Origin: Bacteroidales bacterium
GTDB taxonomy: Bacteria; Bacteroidota; Bacteroidia; Bacteroidales; UBA4181
Reading direction: 5' to 3'
DNA: 64,000 nt
NCBI GenBank assembly: GCA_031265445.1
Contig: JAISCQ010000196.1
Span: 1,663-65,662, forward strand
Made by a program: the position numbers and the translations under genes. The notes beneath the pieces were generated by a model that had not been told where the DNA came from, did not search any database, and saw only the letters and a program-made list of their open reading frames with translations. Shown one piece after another: positions 36,239 through 52,030 of this stretch. Numbering within the stretch: position 1 is the stretch's first letter; each line of letters begins with the position of its first letter.

Positions 36239-39200
36239 ATGTCAGTCCTCAAAACCGAAAGGATAAATTTTTCTTCCGTACAACAGCCGTTTGATTACCC
36301 GGATTTCCTGGAAATCCAATTGAAGGCGTTCTACGATTTTTTCCAAATCGACACTACGCCCGAAAACCGGAAAGGAGAAGGCTTGTTCAAAGTCTTCCAG
36401 GAGAACTTTCCGATTACCGACACGCGAAACAACTTTGTGCTTGAGTTTATCGACTATTTCGTCGATCCGCCGCGCTACACCATCGATGAATGTATCGAAC
36501 GCGGGTTGACCTATAGCGTACCCCTCAAAGCCAAATTGAAATTATATTGCACCGACCCCGAACACGAGGATTTCGATACCGTGATACAGGACGTTTACTT
36601 GGGAACCGTTCCTTACATGACTCCCAAAGGTTCGTTCGTGATCAACGGCGCCGAACGCGTGGTGGTATCGCAGTTGCATCGTTCGCCCGGCGTATTCTTC
36701 GGGCAAAGCGTACACGCCAACGGTACAAAACTCTATTCCGCACGTATTATCCCCTTCAAGGGTTCGTGGATTGAGTTTGCCACCGACATTAATAATGTGA
36801 TGTACGCTTACATCGACCGCAAGAAGAAGCTGCCCGTGACGACGCTTCTCCGCGCCATCGGCTACGAGAACGATAAGGACATCCTTTCGATTTTCGACCT
36901 GGCCGACGAGTTAAAGGTATCAAAAGCAGTGCTTTCCAAGTCTGTAGGCCGTAAGCTGGCTGCCCGCGTGTTGAAGACCTGGGTGGAAGACTTTGTGGAC
37001 GAAGATACCGGCGAAGTGGTTTCCATCGAACGTAACGAAGTGATCATCGAACGCGAGACCATCCTCGAAAAGGAACATGTGGATATGATCGTGGAATCGG
37101 GTACCGAAACCGTCCTCCTGCATAAGGAAGGACAAAATGTTACCGATTTTGCCATCATTTACAACACATTGCAAAAAGACCCGTGTAACTCCGAAAAAGA
37201 AGCCGTATTGCACATCTACCGGCAGTTACGCAGTTCCGAGCCGCCTGATGAAGCAACTGCACGCGACGTCATCGACAAACTGTTTTTCTCCGACAAGCGT
37301 TATGACCTCGGCGACGTGGGACGTTACCGTATCAATAAAAAGCTGAATCTCGAAATCTCCGCCGAAACCAAGGTGTTGACGCGCGAAGATATTATCGAGA
37401 TCATCAAATACCTCATCCAGTTGATCAACTCGAAGGCCGACGTGGATGACATCGACCACTTGAGCAACCGCCGCGTACGTACCGTAGGCGAGCAACTGGC
37501 CGGACAGTTCAGCGTAGGGCTTGCCCGTATGGCACGCACCATCCGCGAACGCATGAACGTGCGCGACAACGAAGTGTTTACCCCAATCGACCTGATCAAC
37601 TCGAAGACCTTATCTTCGGTGATCAACTCGTTCTTCGGCACCAACCAGTTGTCGCAATTCATGGATCAAACCAATCCGTTGGCCGAAATGACGCACAAAC
37701 GCCGTATGTCGGCGCTCGGCCCCGGCGGTTTGACCCGAGAACGTGCAGGTTTTGAAGTACGCGACGTTCACTTTACCCACTACGGACGCCTTTGCCCGAT
37801 TGAAACACCCGAAGGCCCCAACATCGGTTTAATCTCGTCGTTGTGCGTCTTCGCAAAAATCAATAACCTCGGTTTCATCGAAACGCCCTACCGGAAGGTA
37901 GAAAACAGCAATGTGGAGCTTAACGATGAAGGCATTGTTTACCTGAGCGCCGAGGAAGAAGAAGGTAAAACCATCGCGCAGGCAAATGCAAAAATGGACA
38001 AGAACGGACATTTCGCAGAGCCGCGCGTGAAATCGCGTCTTGACGGCGACTTCCCTGTGCCCGATGCCGCCGAAGTGAACATGATGGACGTTGCGCCCAA
38101 CCAAATTGCTTCGATTGCCGCCTCGCTCATCCCGTTCCTCGAGCACGACGACGCTAACCGCGCCCTCATGGGATCAAACATGATGCGTCAGGCTGTGCCG
38201 CTCCTGAAACCGCAAGCCCCGATTGTGGGTACCGGTATCGAATACCAGGTGGCCAAAGACTCGCGCCTGCTGATTGTTGCCGAAAAAGACGGTACCGTAG
38301 AATTTGTGGATGCACGCAAAATCGTGATCCGCTACGACCTTACCGAAGACGAAAAATTCATGAGTTTCGACGACGATGTGAGGACTTACGAATTGTCGAA
38401 ATTCAGCAAGACCAACCAGAATACCTGCATGAACATGCGACCGATTGTGATGAAAGGCGACCGCGTGGTGAAGGACCAGATACTTACCGAAGGCTATTCG
38501 ACCGATAACGGCGAACTGGCATTGGGTAAGAACCTGAAAGTGGCCTTCATGCCATGGAAAGGTTATAACTTTGAAGATGCGATTGTGATCAGCGAAAAGG
38601 TGGTGCGCGACGACGTGTTCACCTCGCTGCATATCGATGAATACCTTCTGGAAGTGCGCGACACGAAACGCGGTTTGGAAGAGTTGACCTCCGACATCCC
38701 CAACGTGAGCGAAGAAGCTACCAGGAACCTGGACGAAAACGGCTTGATCATGATCGGTGCGCACGTGGAACCGGGCGATATCCTGATTGGTAAGATCACC
38801 CCGAAAGGCGAGTCCGATCCTTCGCCGGAAGAAAAACTCCTCCGTGCGATATTCGGCGACAAGGCCGGCGATGTGAAGGATGCTTCGCTCAAAGCGCCTC
38901 CGTCATTGTTCGGCGTAGTGGTCGACAAGAAGCTCTTCTCACGTAGCGTGAAAGACAAGAAGGCGAAAATCAGCGAAAAATCAGTCCTTCAAAAGATCGA
39001 AGACGAATTTGCCAAGAAAGACACGGAGTTGAAAGGCCGTTTGGTCGACAAACTCATGGTGATGCTCAACGGCAAGACCTCGCAAGGCGTGAAGGATTAC
39101 TATAACGTGGAAATGATTGCAAAAGGTTCGAAATTCACCGCCAAACAGTTGGCAGAGATCGATTATACGAACATCAATCCCGGAAAGTGGACTTCGGACA

Positions 39201-40048
39201 AGAACCGCAATGAACAGATCAAAGAGTTGTTGCACAACTACATGGCCAAGTACAAAGAGATCGAAGCCGTGTATAAGCGCAAGAAATATAATGTGAGCAT
39301 CGGCGACGAACTTCCTGCCGGTATCATCCAATTGGCTAAAGTATACATCGCCAAGAAACGTAAGGTGAAAGTGGGCGATAAAATGGCAGGCCGCCACGGT
39401 AACAAGGGTATCGTTTCGAAGATCGCCCGCGTGGAAGACATGCCGTTCCTCGAAGACGGAACGCCGGTAGACATCGTATTGAACCCCCTTGGCGTGCCTT
39501 CGCGTATGAACCTTGGGCAGATTTACGAAACTGTTCTCGGCTGGGCCGGACAAAAACTCGGCGTGAAATTTGCCACCCCGATCTTCGACGGCGCCGAAGT
39601 GGCCGACATCAATACCTGGACGGACAAAGCAGGCGTACCGCGCTATGGCCGCAGCTATCTATACGACGGCGGCACAGGCGAACGCTTCGATCAACCCGCA
39701 ACCGTAGGCGTGATCTATATGCTGAAACTCGGCCACATGGTCGACGACAAGATGCACGCGCGTTCTATCGGGCCATACTCGCTCATCACACAGCAACCCC
39801 TTGGCGGGAAAGCCCAGTTCGGGGGTCAGCGTTTCGGGGAAATGGAAGTTTGGGCGCTCGAAGCATTCGGCGCTGCCAATCTCCTCCAGGAGATCATCAC
39901 CGTCAAGTCCGACGACGTGGTGGGGCGTGCCAAGACCTACGAAGCCATTGTCAAAGGCGAGCCGATGCCGACGCCGGGCGTACCCGAGTCATTCAATGTG
40001 CTCCTCCATGAAATACGCGGTTTGGGATTGAGTATCAATCTCGTATAA
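36239..40048 (+). CDS. rpoB: DNA-directed RNA polymerase subunit beta
   Basis: Track ORF 36164..40048, trimmed to ATG 36239 ([13 protein letters not shown]...). Hallmark motifs: [12 protein letters not shown] and [16 protein letters not shown]. Confidence 0.97.
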   Translation: MSVLKTERINFSSVQQPFDYPDFLEIQLKAFYDFFQIDTTPENRKGEGLFKVFQENFPITDTRNNFVLEFIDYFVDPPRYTIDECIERGLTYSVPLKAKLKLYCTDPEHEDFDTVIQDVYLGTVPYMTPKGSFVINGAERVVVSQLHRSPGVFFGQSVHANGTKLYSARIIPFKGSWIEFATDINNVMYAYIDRKKKLPVTTLLRAIGYENDKDILSIFDLADELKVSKAVLSKSVGRKLAARVLKTWVEDFVDEDTGEVVSIERNEVIIERETILEKEHVDMIVESGTETVLLHKEGQNVTDFAIIYNTLQKDPCNSEKEAVLHIYRQLRSSEPPDEATARDVIDKLFFSDKRYDLGDVGRYRINKKLNLEISAETKVLTREDIIEIIKYLIQLINSKADVDDIDHLSNRRVRTVGEQLAGQFSVGLARMARTIRERMNVRDNEVFTPIDLINSKTLSSVINSFFGTNQLSQFMDQTNPLAEMTHKRRMSALGPGGLTRERAGFEVRDVHFTHYGRLCPIETPEGPNIGLISSLCVFAKINNLGFIETPYRKVENSNVELNDEGIVYLSAEEEEGKTIAQANAKMDKNGHFAEPRVKSRLDGDFPVPDAAEVNMMDVAPNQIASIAASLIPFLEHDDANRALMGSNMMRQAVPLLKPQAPIVGTGIEYQVAKDSRLLIVAEKDGTVEFVDARKIVIRYDLTEDEKFMSFDDDVRTYELSKFSKTNQNTCMNMRPIVMKGDRVVKDQILTEGYSTDNGELALGKNLKVAFMPWKGYNFEDAIVISEKVVRDDVFTSLHIDEYLLEVRDTKRGLEELTSDIPNVSEEATRNLDENGLIMIGAHVEPGDILIGKITPKGESDPSPEEKLLRAIFGDKAGDVKDASLKAPPSLFGVVVDKKLFSRSVKDKKAKISEKSVLQKIEDEFAKKDTELKGRLVDKLMVMLNGKTSQGVKDYYNVEMIAKGSKFTAKQLAEIDYTNINPGKWTSDKNRNEQIKELLHNYMAKYKEIEAVYKRKKYNVSIGDELPAGIIQLAKVYIAKKRKVKVGDKMAGRHGNKGIVSKIARVEDMPFLEDGTPVDIVLNPLGVPSRMNLGQIYETVLGWAGQKLGVKFATPIFDGAEVADINTWTDKAGVPRYGRSYLYDGGTGERFDQPATVGVIYMLKLGHMVDDKMHARSIGPYSLITQQPLGGKAQFGGQRFGEMEVWALEAFGAANLLQEIITVKSDDVVGRAKTYEAIVKGEPMPTPGVPESFNVLLHEIRGLGLSINLV

Positions 40049-40138
40049 TGCTTAATGATACATGGTTAATGATGCCTGTAAAATTCATTAACCGTTAATC
40101 ATTGATCATTAATCATTGACCATTAATCATTATTGAAG

Positions 40139-44434
<4,296 letters not shown>

Positions 44435-44558
44435 TTCATGTCGAAATCGCCGGAAAATTTGTTGCAGATAAGGTTCGGTAAATCGCCGAATGGCACGAGA
44501 GGGACTGACGTCGCATAATATATGCGCGCGTGAGTGAGGCTTAGCAAATTATTATACT

Positions 44559-44596
44559 GCCGCAATATCGTATCATCCGATGTTGCGGCTTTTTTT
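44559..44596 (+). terminator. Rho-independent terminator downstream of rpoC
   Basis: GCCGCAA-17 nt-TTGCGGC followed by TTTTTTT. Confidence 0.7.
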
Positions 44597-44647
44597 GTGT
44601 CCTTAAGATGATCAAAAGATTCATTCCATGTCGAAAATCGAAAATCG

Positions 44648-45499
44648 TTACACGATCATCTTTTCGATTGGAATTACAAGAATACCCTGTGCGCCCAACG
44701 CTTTCAGCTTTCCGATAATTTCCCAGAAACGGTCTTCGTCGATCACCGAGTGCAGCGAACTCCATCCTTCCTGTGCCAACGGTAGTATCGACGGGCTTTT
44801 TATCCCCGGAAGCACCTGTATAATCTCCCCTATTTTATGGTTTGGAGCATTCAGCAGGATATATTTCTTCCCGTAAGCCGCCTGTACTGCGTTGATGCGG
44901 AAAATCACCTCGTCGAGGATGGCCTTTTTTTCGCCGTCTATGTTGGGATGGCCGATCAGCAGCGCTTCGGACTTCATCACCACTTCCACTTCCTTTAAAC
45001 GGTTGCTTACCAGCGTGCTTCCCGAACTGACAATATCGAAAATGGCGTCGGCCAAACCAATGCCCGGAGCAATTTCCACCGAGCCGGATATAACGTGCGT
45101 TTCGGCTTTGACATTTTTCGAGACCAGAAATTCTTGAAGGATCACAGGATAAGAGGTAGCGATCGTCTTGCCGTTGAACCATTCCAACCCGTTGTATTTC
45201 TCGTCCTTGGGCATGGCCAGCGAAAGCCGGCACTTGCTGAATCCCAATCGCTTGATGATGTCCACCTTTTTCTTGCGCTCGGCATACTCGTTCTCGCCCA
45301 CCACGCCCACGTCGGCAACTCCGTCGGCTACAGCCTGCGGGATGTCGTCGTCGCGCAGGAAAAGTATTTCAACCGGGAAACCCCTGGCGGGAACCAATAA
45401 TGTGCGTTTGCCCGAATCGAGCCGGATTCCGGATTCGGCGAGCAATGCTACCGTTTCTTCATATAAGCGGCCTTTGGATTGAACTGCTATTCTTAACAT
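44648..45499 (-). CDS. hisG: ATP phosphoribosyltransferase (long form)
   Basis: 283 aa: MLRIAVQSKGRLYEETVALL..., ILFLRDDDIPQAVADGVADVGVVGEN, and a C-terminal regulatory domain. Confidence 0.9.
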   Translation of the reverse strand: MLRIAVQSKGRLYEETVALLAESGIRLDSGKRTLLVPARGFPVEILFLRDDDIPQAVADGVADVGVVGENEYAERKKKVDIIKRLGFSKCRLSLAMPKDEKYNGLEWFNGKTIATSYPVILQEFLVSKNVKAETHVISGSVEIAPGIGLADAIFDIVSSGSTLVSNRLKEVEVVMKSEALLIGHPNIDGEKKAILDEVIFRINAVQAAYGKKYILLNAPNHKIGEIIQVLPGIKSPSILPLAQEGWSSLHSVIDEDRFWEIIGKLKALGAQGILVIPIEKMIV

Positions 45500-45562
45500 G
45501 GATGGATGATCGAATATGATTCACGAGGACGCTTCGCTAAGTTGATGATGGACATGAAACGT

Positions 45563-46852
45563 CTATTTCGCAATGACAACGTAATAATTCTTTTTCCCTT
45601 TCTGCACCAGCATATACTTGCCGTTAATGAGCCTGGCGGCGGTAACATTGGCGTTCGGGCCGGCAACCTTTTCCTTATTGATGCTCAATCCGCCACCTTC
45701 CACCATGCGGCGCGCTTCGCCTTTTGAAGGGAAAATAGCGGTTTGGACGCTCAGGAAGTCAAGCAGCGGGATACCGGCCTCGAACGCCGACCGCTCCAGT
45801 TCATATTGCGGTACGCCTTCGAATACGCCCATGAACGTATCTTCGTCCAGGGCGGCCAGCGATTCGGCTGTACCTTGTCCGAACAGCATCTGCGACGCTT
45901 CTTCGGCGGCCTGTACGTCGGCTGCCGAGTGCACCATCGCGGTCACTTCCTTCGCCAGCGTTTTTTGCAGGACGCGCAGGTGCGGTTCGTTGCGCTGCTG
46001 CTCCGTAAGCTGTTCTATTTCTTCACGGGTCAGGCTGGTGAATATCCTGATGTATTTTTCAGCATCCGCATCGCTTACGTTCAGCCAGAACTGGTAGAAT
46101 TTGTACGGCGATGTGCGTTTCGGGTCAAGCCACACGTTGCCCGACTCGGTTTTGCCGAATTTGCCGCCATCGGCCTTGGTAATCAACGGCCACGTCAGTG
46201 CAAACGCTTCTCCGCCGCAGACACGGCGTATCAGTTCGCTGCCCGTGGTGATGTTGCCCCACTGGTCGGAACCGCCCATCTGCAACTTGCAGTTTTTGTT
46301 CCGGTAGAGGTACAGGAAATCGTAACCCTGCACCAACTGGTAGGTAAACTCGGTGAACGACATGCCTTCGCCTTCGCCCGACAAGCGTTTCTTCACGGAA
46401 TCCTTGCTCATCATGTAATTGACGGTGATGTGCTTCCCGATGTCGCGGATAAAATCGAGAAATGTGAACTCTTTCATCCAGTCGTAGTTGTTCACCATTT
46501 CGGCGGCATTGCGCTCTTTCGACTCGAAATCCAGAATTTTGGACAACTGTTTTTTGATCCCTTCCTGGTTGCGGCGCAATTCTTCCTCGTTGAGCAGGTT
46601 CCGTTCCTGCGACTTCATCGACGGGTCGCCGATCATGCCGGTAGCGCCGCCCACCAGCGCCAACGGCTTGTGTCCGCTGCGCTGAAGATGGCGCAAGGTC
46701 ATTACGCTCACCAGATGGCCGATGTGCAGCGAATCAGCGGTCGGGTCTATGCCCACGTACGCCGTTATCATTTCCTTTTGCAATAACTCTTCGGTGCCCG
46801 GCATCACATCGTGGATCATGCCGCGCCATTGCATTTCTTCTACAAAATTCAT
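45563..46852 (-). CDS. tyrS: Tyrosine--tRNA ligase
   Basis: 429 aa: [14 protein letters not shown] (HIGH motif), KFGKTE (KMSKS-like), and a C-terminal S4 domain. Confidence 0.95.
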   Translation of the reverse strand: MNFVEEMQWRGMIHDVMPGTEELLQKEMITAYVGIDPTADSLHIGHLVSVMTLRHLQRSGHKPLALVGGATGMIGDPSMKSQERNLLNEEELRRNQEGIKKQLSKILDFESKERNAAEMVNNYDWMKEFTFLDFIRDIGKHITVNYMMSKDSVKKRLSGEGEGMSFTEFTYQLVQGYDFLYLYRNKNCKLQMGGSDQWGNITTGSELIRRVCGGEAFALTWPLITKADGGKFGKTESGNVWLDPKRTSPYKFYQFWLNVSDADAEKYIRIFTSLTREEIEQLTEQQRNEPHLRVLQKTLAKEVTAMVHSAADVQAAEEASQMLFGQGTAESLAALDEDTFMGVFEGVPQYELERSAFEAGIPLLDFLSVQTAIFPSKGEARRMVEGGGLSINKEKVAGPNANVTAARLINGKYMLVQKGKKNYYVVIAK

Positions 46853-47005
46853 TCTATTGTGTTATGATTCAAAGATGCAACAAATCCTTTGAAGCTACCA
46901 ACTTCTCATGATCCGGCAAGCATCCTGTCCTTTCCGGTTTTCCTCCGAAGGGGAATCGGAGAAGATGCGACGCGCCGCATCTTCCTGCCCCTTACGGTTT
47001 ACACT

Positions 47006-47575
47006 TTACGATTTTACCCTTTCGGAGTACTCGCGGGTACGGGTGTCGACCTTGATTTTTTCGCCCTGTTCGATGAACAGGGGCACGCCAATGACGGCGC
47101 CTGTTTCGAGGGTGGCCTGTTTCAACGATGAAGTGGAAGCGGTATCGCCGCGCATTCCAGGCTCCGTATAGGTTATTTCCAGTTCTACAAAAGGAGGTAA
47201 CTCGCAGGATAACACGCGTTCTTCGTCGGCCAGGAACATCATTTCCACGTATTGCCCGTCTTTCATCAAATCCGGATTATCCACCAGGTCGGCTTGAAGA
47301 TCGATCTGGTCGAAGGTCTCGTTATGCATGAAATGATAGCCGAGATCGTCCCTGTACAGGAACTGATACGGACGACGCTCCACGCGAATTTCGGTTACTT
47401 TCTCGCCGGCATTGAAGGTATTATCCAGGATACGGCCATTTTCGAGGTTACGGAGTTTGGTCTTTACAAATGCACCGCCCTTGCCGGGTTTCACATGCTG
47501 AAACCATACGATGGCGCAGGGTTTGTCATTGTATTGGATACACATCCCGTTTCTAAAGTCTGCTGTAGAAGCCAT
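47006..47575 (-). CDS. efp: Elongation factor P
   Basis: 189 aa: FQHVKPGKGGAFVKTKLRNL. Confidence 0.95.
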   Translation of the reverse strand: MASTADFRNGMCIQYNDKPCAIVWFQHVKPGKGGAFVKTKLRNLENGRILDNTFNAGEKVTEIRVERRPYQFLYRDDLGYHFMHNETFDQIDLQADLVDNPDLMKDGQYVEMMFLADEERVLSCELPPFVELEITYTEPGMRGDTASTSSLKQATLETGAVIGVPLFIEQGEKIKVDTRTREYSERVKS

Positions 47576-47737
47576 TTACTATCTTTATGTTTAGTGACAA
47601 ATAAAATTTAAAATCGGTGCAAAAGTAAATAAATGAGCGCAAACGACAAAACGGGAACATCATTTCATCCCGGAATTTGAATGATCCGTTTAGATCATTC
47701 AAAATTCAAAATTGTTAACCAAATTATATCAAAGCGT

Positions 47738-48517
47738 TTATTTGATATGATACCGGATGCCGATACCCAGGCTGATCTGTCCGAGTCCTTCGCCTTCACC
47801 GGCATCGTATGTCTGGGTTGTTTTCACGCCATTGTCATTGTACTGGAGCTCGGTGATCTCTCCGGATGTTAACTGCATATTGATCCCTATGCTCCATTGC
47901 GGGGCGATTCTGTATTCGAGGCCGGCGCCCGTTTGCATGCCAAGGGACGCGCCGCTATACTTGAAGTATTCATCCGCAAAGGTTGTGTTTTCCCTGTAGC
48001 CGATATATCCCATCCCTACATTCGCATCAAATATCCAGGATTTTTGCCGGCCAAAAGACAGCCTGAAGACAAACGCCGGGCCGATATGGGTGATCCGGTC
48101 TTTGGTGGCCAGGGTTCCCGATTTTCCGGTATTTATCTTGTAGGCCTGGTCGCTGTGTGAAGCCAGGTACTGGTAAAAAGTCATCCGGATACCGAACCTG
48201 TCGTTGAAAAAGAAGTCGAAGGAGGCATTCCAGACGAAAGCGGACTTCAGGTGTTCTACATACGCTTTCATGTCGTCTGTCAACTGATCGCTTGTTGGCG
48301 CCGTACGCCAGCCGTAACCGGCATCCAGCTTCAGCGTCGCCCGAGGCAGTTGCCTGCCCGGTTTGTAAGCCGCCCAATGAACAATTTCGGCAGGTTGAGG
48401 CCGGATAAAGACGGCCGAATCTGATGTTTGGGCTTGAACAGCAGCGCTTGCCCATGACAGGCACAGGAATACCCATGTACCCGCCCGAAAATGAGACCCG
48501 TAGAATTTGGTTTTCAT
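47738..48517 (-). CDS. Outer-membrane beta-barrel (porin-family) protein
   Basis: Track ORF trimmed to ATG 48517 (MKTKFYGSHFRAGTWVFLCLSWASAAVQAQ, signal peptide). Alternating beta-strand pattern and a C-terminal ...GIGIRYHIK. Confidence 0.65.
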   Translation of the reverse strand: MKTKFYGSHFRAGTWVFLCLSWASAAVQAQTSDSAVFIRPQPAEIVHWAAYKPGRQLPRATLKLDAGYGWRTAPTSDQLTDDMKAYVEHLKSAFVWNASFDFFFNDRFGIRMTFYQYLASHSDQAYKINTGKSGTLATKDRITHIGPAFVFRLSFGRQKSWIFDANVGMGYIGYRENTTFADEYFKYSGASLGMQTGAGLEYRIAPQWSIGINMQLTSGEITELQYNDNGVKTTQTYDAGEGEGLGQISLGIGIRYHIK

Positions 48518-48710
48518 AGCTTTTAATATTTTATTTAAAGAAAAAGATACTTGCAAAAGGATAAATGGGAACCGCCGTTCATTGTCTTGAGACAATTGCC
48601 TCTATTTTGAATCAATAACATCTCGCTTCCCATCAAGACAGTCCTGACCATCAAATTTTCAACAAAGATACAAAAAAATTTGCAGTGACCTGACAGGGTC
48701 AATAACATCC

Positions 48711-49634
48711 TTACGAAAACATGTTGTCTTTATCCACTCCGAATTTCTCTTCCGAATGCACAACCCCCGAAGGTTCCACATGTACCACAATGTCGTACAC
48801 GTTGTCGACCGATCGTTTGATGCTTTCCTCCACTGCCTGGGCTATTTCGTGCGCTTCGTAGAGGGTGAGGCTGCCGTCGGCCTCAATATCCAGGGCGATC
48901 ATGTACATGTTGCCGAGCTGGCGCGACCGTACCCGGTGCGGATGGCTTGCTCCGGGAACCTGCTCCACCGCATCGATGATCCTTTTATAAATGGACGTAT
49001 CCTTCACGCCGTCCATCAGTACCACATTGGCTTCGATAAAGATGTCGACGGACGATTTGATGATGTACAGGCTGATCAGCAAACCCGTGACGGAGTCGAG
49101 TATGGGCAGGCGGAACACAAATGTGAAAACAAGCCCCAGCAGCACGCCGCCGGAAATGATCACATCGTTGCGGAGATTCCTGGCATTGGCCATCAGCATG
49201 GAGCTGCCCGCTATTTTTCCTTGCCGGAACTGGTAATATGCCAGGAGTAGCTTTCCCGCCATCGAAAATATCGTCACATAAATGGCAACCGTTGCCGGCA
49301 TTTCGCGCGGAACGGCAAAAAGAATGTTCCTGCCGGTGGCAATGAGCATCTGTACGCCCGCAAAGAAGATGACAAACGAAAGTATCTTAGTAGCTACATG
49401 ATCCGCTTTTTCGTAGCCATAGACATATTTCGGGTTTGGACGCCGGCCGATGATGCGGGCTGTGAACAGGGTTACCAGCGAAATAACCACGTCCGTAGCC
49501 GAGTCGATGCCGTCGCCCAGCACAGCCATGCTTCCCGCGATAAGCCCTACCGAGATTTTCGATACCGACAGGATTCCGTTACCGAAAACACTGACCAGCG
49601 ACGCCCTGACTAATATTTTTTCTTTTTCGTCCAT
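48711..49634 (-). CDS. Cation diffusion facilitator (CDF) family transporter
   Basis: Six TM segments and a C-terminal dimerisation domain (HRVRSRQLGNMYMIALDIEADGSLTLYEAHEIAQAVE). The start was chosen at MDEKEK. Confidence 0.8.
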   Translation of the reverse strand: MDEKEKILVRASLVSVFGNGILSVSKISVGLIAGSMAVLGDGIDSATDVVISLVTLFTARIIGRRPNPKYVYGYEKADHVATKILSFVIFFAGVQMLIATGRNILFAVPREMPATVAIYVTIFSMAGKLLLAYYQFRQGKIAGSSMLMANARNLRNDVIISGGVLLGLVFTFVFRLPILDSVTGLLISLYIIKSSVDIFIEANVVLMDGVKDTSIYKRIIDAVEQVPGASHPHRVRSRQLGNMYMIALDIEADGSLTLYEAHEIAQAVEESIKRSVDNVYDIVVHVEPSGVVHSEEKFGVDKDNMFS

Positions 49635-49786
49635 GACACCGCAAATGTACAATTTGTGTACCTGATTACCCTCCTTTTATGTGAAAATATCGAAAAAAAT
49701 ATTTCTATATCGAAAAAAATATTTATCATTGCTTCAATTTAGTTGTTGTTGAAAAAAACGAGTGTTGAATCCTAAATGAGAATGGT

Positions 49787-50443
49787 ATGGTAACGATCAT
49801 GAATAAGAGTAATTCGCTGTTTAATACGTATTTGTCAGAAACGCGGGACGAACATATCCAGAAAGACAGTTTCCGGTTCAGGAGGAACATGGAACGTATG
49901 GGTTCCATCATTGCATACGAAATCAGCAAACAGATGGAATTCAGTGTACACGAAGTACCAACTCCTTTTGGCATTGCCGAGGAACATATCATTGCGCAGC
50001 CTCCTGTGATCATATCGGTGTTGCGTGCAGGGGTTCCGGTACACCAGGGCGTTCTCAACTTTTTCGACAGCGCCTCGGGCGGTTTTATCTCGATGCACCG
50101 CGACCACGACAAGGATGGTAATTTTCAGGTAAGCCTCGAATATATTTCGTGCCCGTCCATCAACAACAGGGAAGTGATTCTTTGCGACGCCATGATTGCA
50201 TCGGGAGCGTCCATGTCATTAGCCTACCAGTCGCTGCTCCGTCAGGGCGCTCCGAAGCATGTGTACCTCATCGCATTAATCGCCAGCAGGGAAGGTCTCG
50301 AAAATCTGCGAAAGAAACTGCCTTCGAAAGGGGTTTCGTTGTGGTTCGGCGCGCTGGACGACGAGCTTACGGCCAAGTCGTACATTGTGCCGGGCCTGGG
50401 TGATGCGGGCGATCTGGCGTTTGGGGCGAAGGATGCGGAATGA
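49787..50443 (+). CDS. upp: Uracil phosphoribosyltransferase
   Basis: 218 aa: VLRAGVPV, ILCDAMIASGAS, YIVPGLGDAGDLAFGAK. Confidence 0.9.
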   Translation: MVTIMNKSNSLFNTYLSETRDEHIQKDSFRFRRNMERMGSIIAYEISKQMEFSVHEVPTPFGIAEEHIIAQPPVIISVLRAGVPVHQGVLNFFDSASGGFISMHRDHDKDGNFQVSLEYISCPSINNREVILCDAMIASGASMSLAYQSLLRQGAPKHVYLIALIASREGLENLRKKLPSKGVSLWFGALDDELTAKSYIVPGLGDAGDLAFGAKDAE

Positions 50444-50491
50444 AGTCCCTGTTCGGCCATCAAATGGGGAGGAGACGTGCTGCGCTGACTT

Positions 50492-52003
50492 TCAGTTTCC
50501 ACTATTCAATTCTATCGCTTTTCCCTTTGCCGCTTCGGTAAACTCGTACGGTGAAACGTCCACTTTCCCGGAAATAAATTCGGGTATATTGTATGACTTG
50601 GTAGAGAAATCGTAATACATCGGATCTTTTTGAGGCAAAAGGAAAGGAGTGTAAACGTTCCCGTTCGTATCGAAATAGCAGATGTACGGACGTGTGAAGG
50701 CGCCGTCCGCGCGGCGGCTGCCAAAGACCATCCAGCGGCCGTTTGTCGACCATGAGTGATAACTGTCGCTTTGGTCGCTGTTGATTTCCGACAGGTTCCG
50801 GATCTCTTTCGTTTCCAAATTGAGGATATAAAGATCGTTTTCGCGGTGCCAGATGGGGAATGTACCATAGTTGGACATGCAGAAAACCACGTATTTGCCG
50901 TCAGGCGATACGCGTGCCAGCGCAACGCTCTTCCCTGTGCGCGCCGACGACACGAGCGTATCTATCTGCCGGCCGAAACGACTGGCGGAAGCATCGAAGG
51001 CGATGCGCAACAGATCGTAGCGCAACGAGTCATATTCCTGCGGCATGGGGCGTGCAGCGGCGCTGCAAAAGTAAAGATATCGCCCGTCGGGCGACCATTC
51101 GGGGAATGTTTCGAAATATTTTCCGGAATAAATCAGGCTGTCCGTAAAAATGGTATTGGTCTGGATATCGAACACCACGATGTCCGAAGCCTGGTCGTAC
51201 ACTTCCACTTTGTTGGTGAATGCTGTGTGGAACTCTTGCCGTGTCGTGTTGGCCGAGAAAGCCACATAACGTCCGCCGGGATGCCACCGGGGATATACGC
51301 CGGCCGAGAGCATTCCCGGAGCCCGGGTATTGACTTTGCTGATTTTCCCGTCCTTTACAAAGAGCGTTCCGGCATGTTGCTGACGCATATGAAAAAGCAT
51401 CGTTTGCGGGCTATGCCTGCAAAATGAGTGACAGTTCATGCAGTTCCTGTCGGTCAGGCTGTTCACCATGACAGGCGTTTCATCGAAATTTTCCAGGCAG
51501 CGCTGATAAATACCCATCTCGCCCCACACCTCGTAGCCCGGCTCTATCAAACGATAGGCAAGGTACGGATCGACCGGTTCGGGCGCTATGGTAAACCGCA
51601 GCGGGGAGTAACAAACCCATCCGGATGCCCCTTTTGCAAAAATACGGACGCTCATTTGTTCGCCGCGATGCTTTTCCAGCATCTTTTTCCATTTCTGCAA
51701 AGGGATCAACACCTTGCCCCTGCACGAAACATCAAACGAATCTTTTCCCGCAACGGCAAAACGGACGGTAAAGCGCGAGCCTTCCTCGCGGATCATGAAA
51801 TTCAGCGGGGCGATGTTACACGGGATCACTGTTCCCCGGTACGGCGGATAAATATTGGCCTGTTGCCCGATATTGGAGAAGTTGTTGCCCGGCTTGCCGC
51901 AAGCTGATAACAGGAGAAAAAGAAGGAGCCTCACCCCCCAGCCCCCTCTCCTAAGGAGAAGGGGAGCGTGCTTTGCAACGTAATCCGGTAAATTCTCCTT
52001 CAT
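50492..52003 (-). CDS. Lipoprotein with one CXXCH motif and a TolB-like (PD40) beta-propeller
   Basis: Track ORF 50492..52240, trimmed. The first 79 codons are the translated 42-bp repeat. The start is ATG 52003 or, better for a lipoprotein signal, GTG 51934 (MRLLLFLLLSACG). Motifs: NCMNCHSF (CXXCH) and the PD40-like WSPDGRY, VSPDGKY and WSTNGRW. Confidence 0.7.
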   Translation of the reverse strand: MKENLPDYVAKHAPLLLRRGGWGVRLLLFLLLSACGKPGNNFSNIGQQANIYPPYRGTVIPCNIAPLNFMIREEGSRFTVRFAVAGKDSFDVSCRGKVLIPLQKWKKMLEKHRGEQMSVRIFAKGASGWVCYSPLRFTIAPEPVDPYLAYRLIEPGYEVWGEMGIYQRCLENFDETPVMVNSLTDRNCMNCHSFCRHSPQTMLFHMRQQHAGTLFVKDGKISKVNTRAPGMLSAGVYPRWHPGGRYVAFSANTTRQEFHTAFTNKVEVYDQASDIVVFDIQTNTIFTDSLIYSGKYFETFPEWSPDGRYLYFCSAAARPMPQEYDSLRYDLLRIAFDASASRFGRQIDTLVSSARTGKSVALARVSPDGKYVVFCMSNYGTFPIWHRENDLYILNLETKEIRNLSEINSDQSDSYHSWSTNGRWMVFGSRRADGAFTRPYICYFDTNGNVYTPFLLPQKDPMYYDFSTKSYNIPEFISGKVDVSPYEFTEAAKGKAIELNSGN

Positions 52004-52030
52004 ATGAATGTGCTTTATGCCCGGATCACA

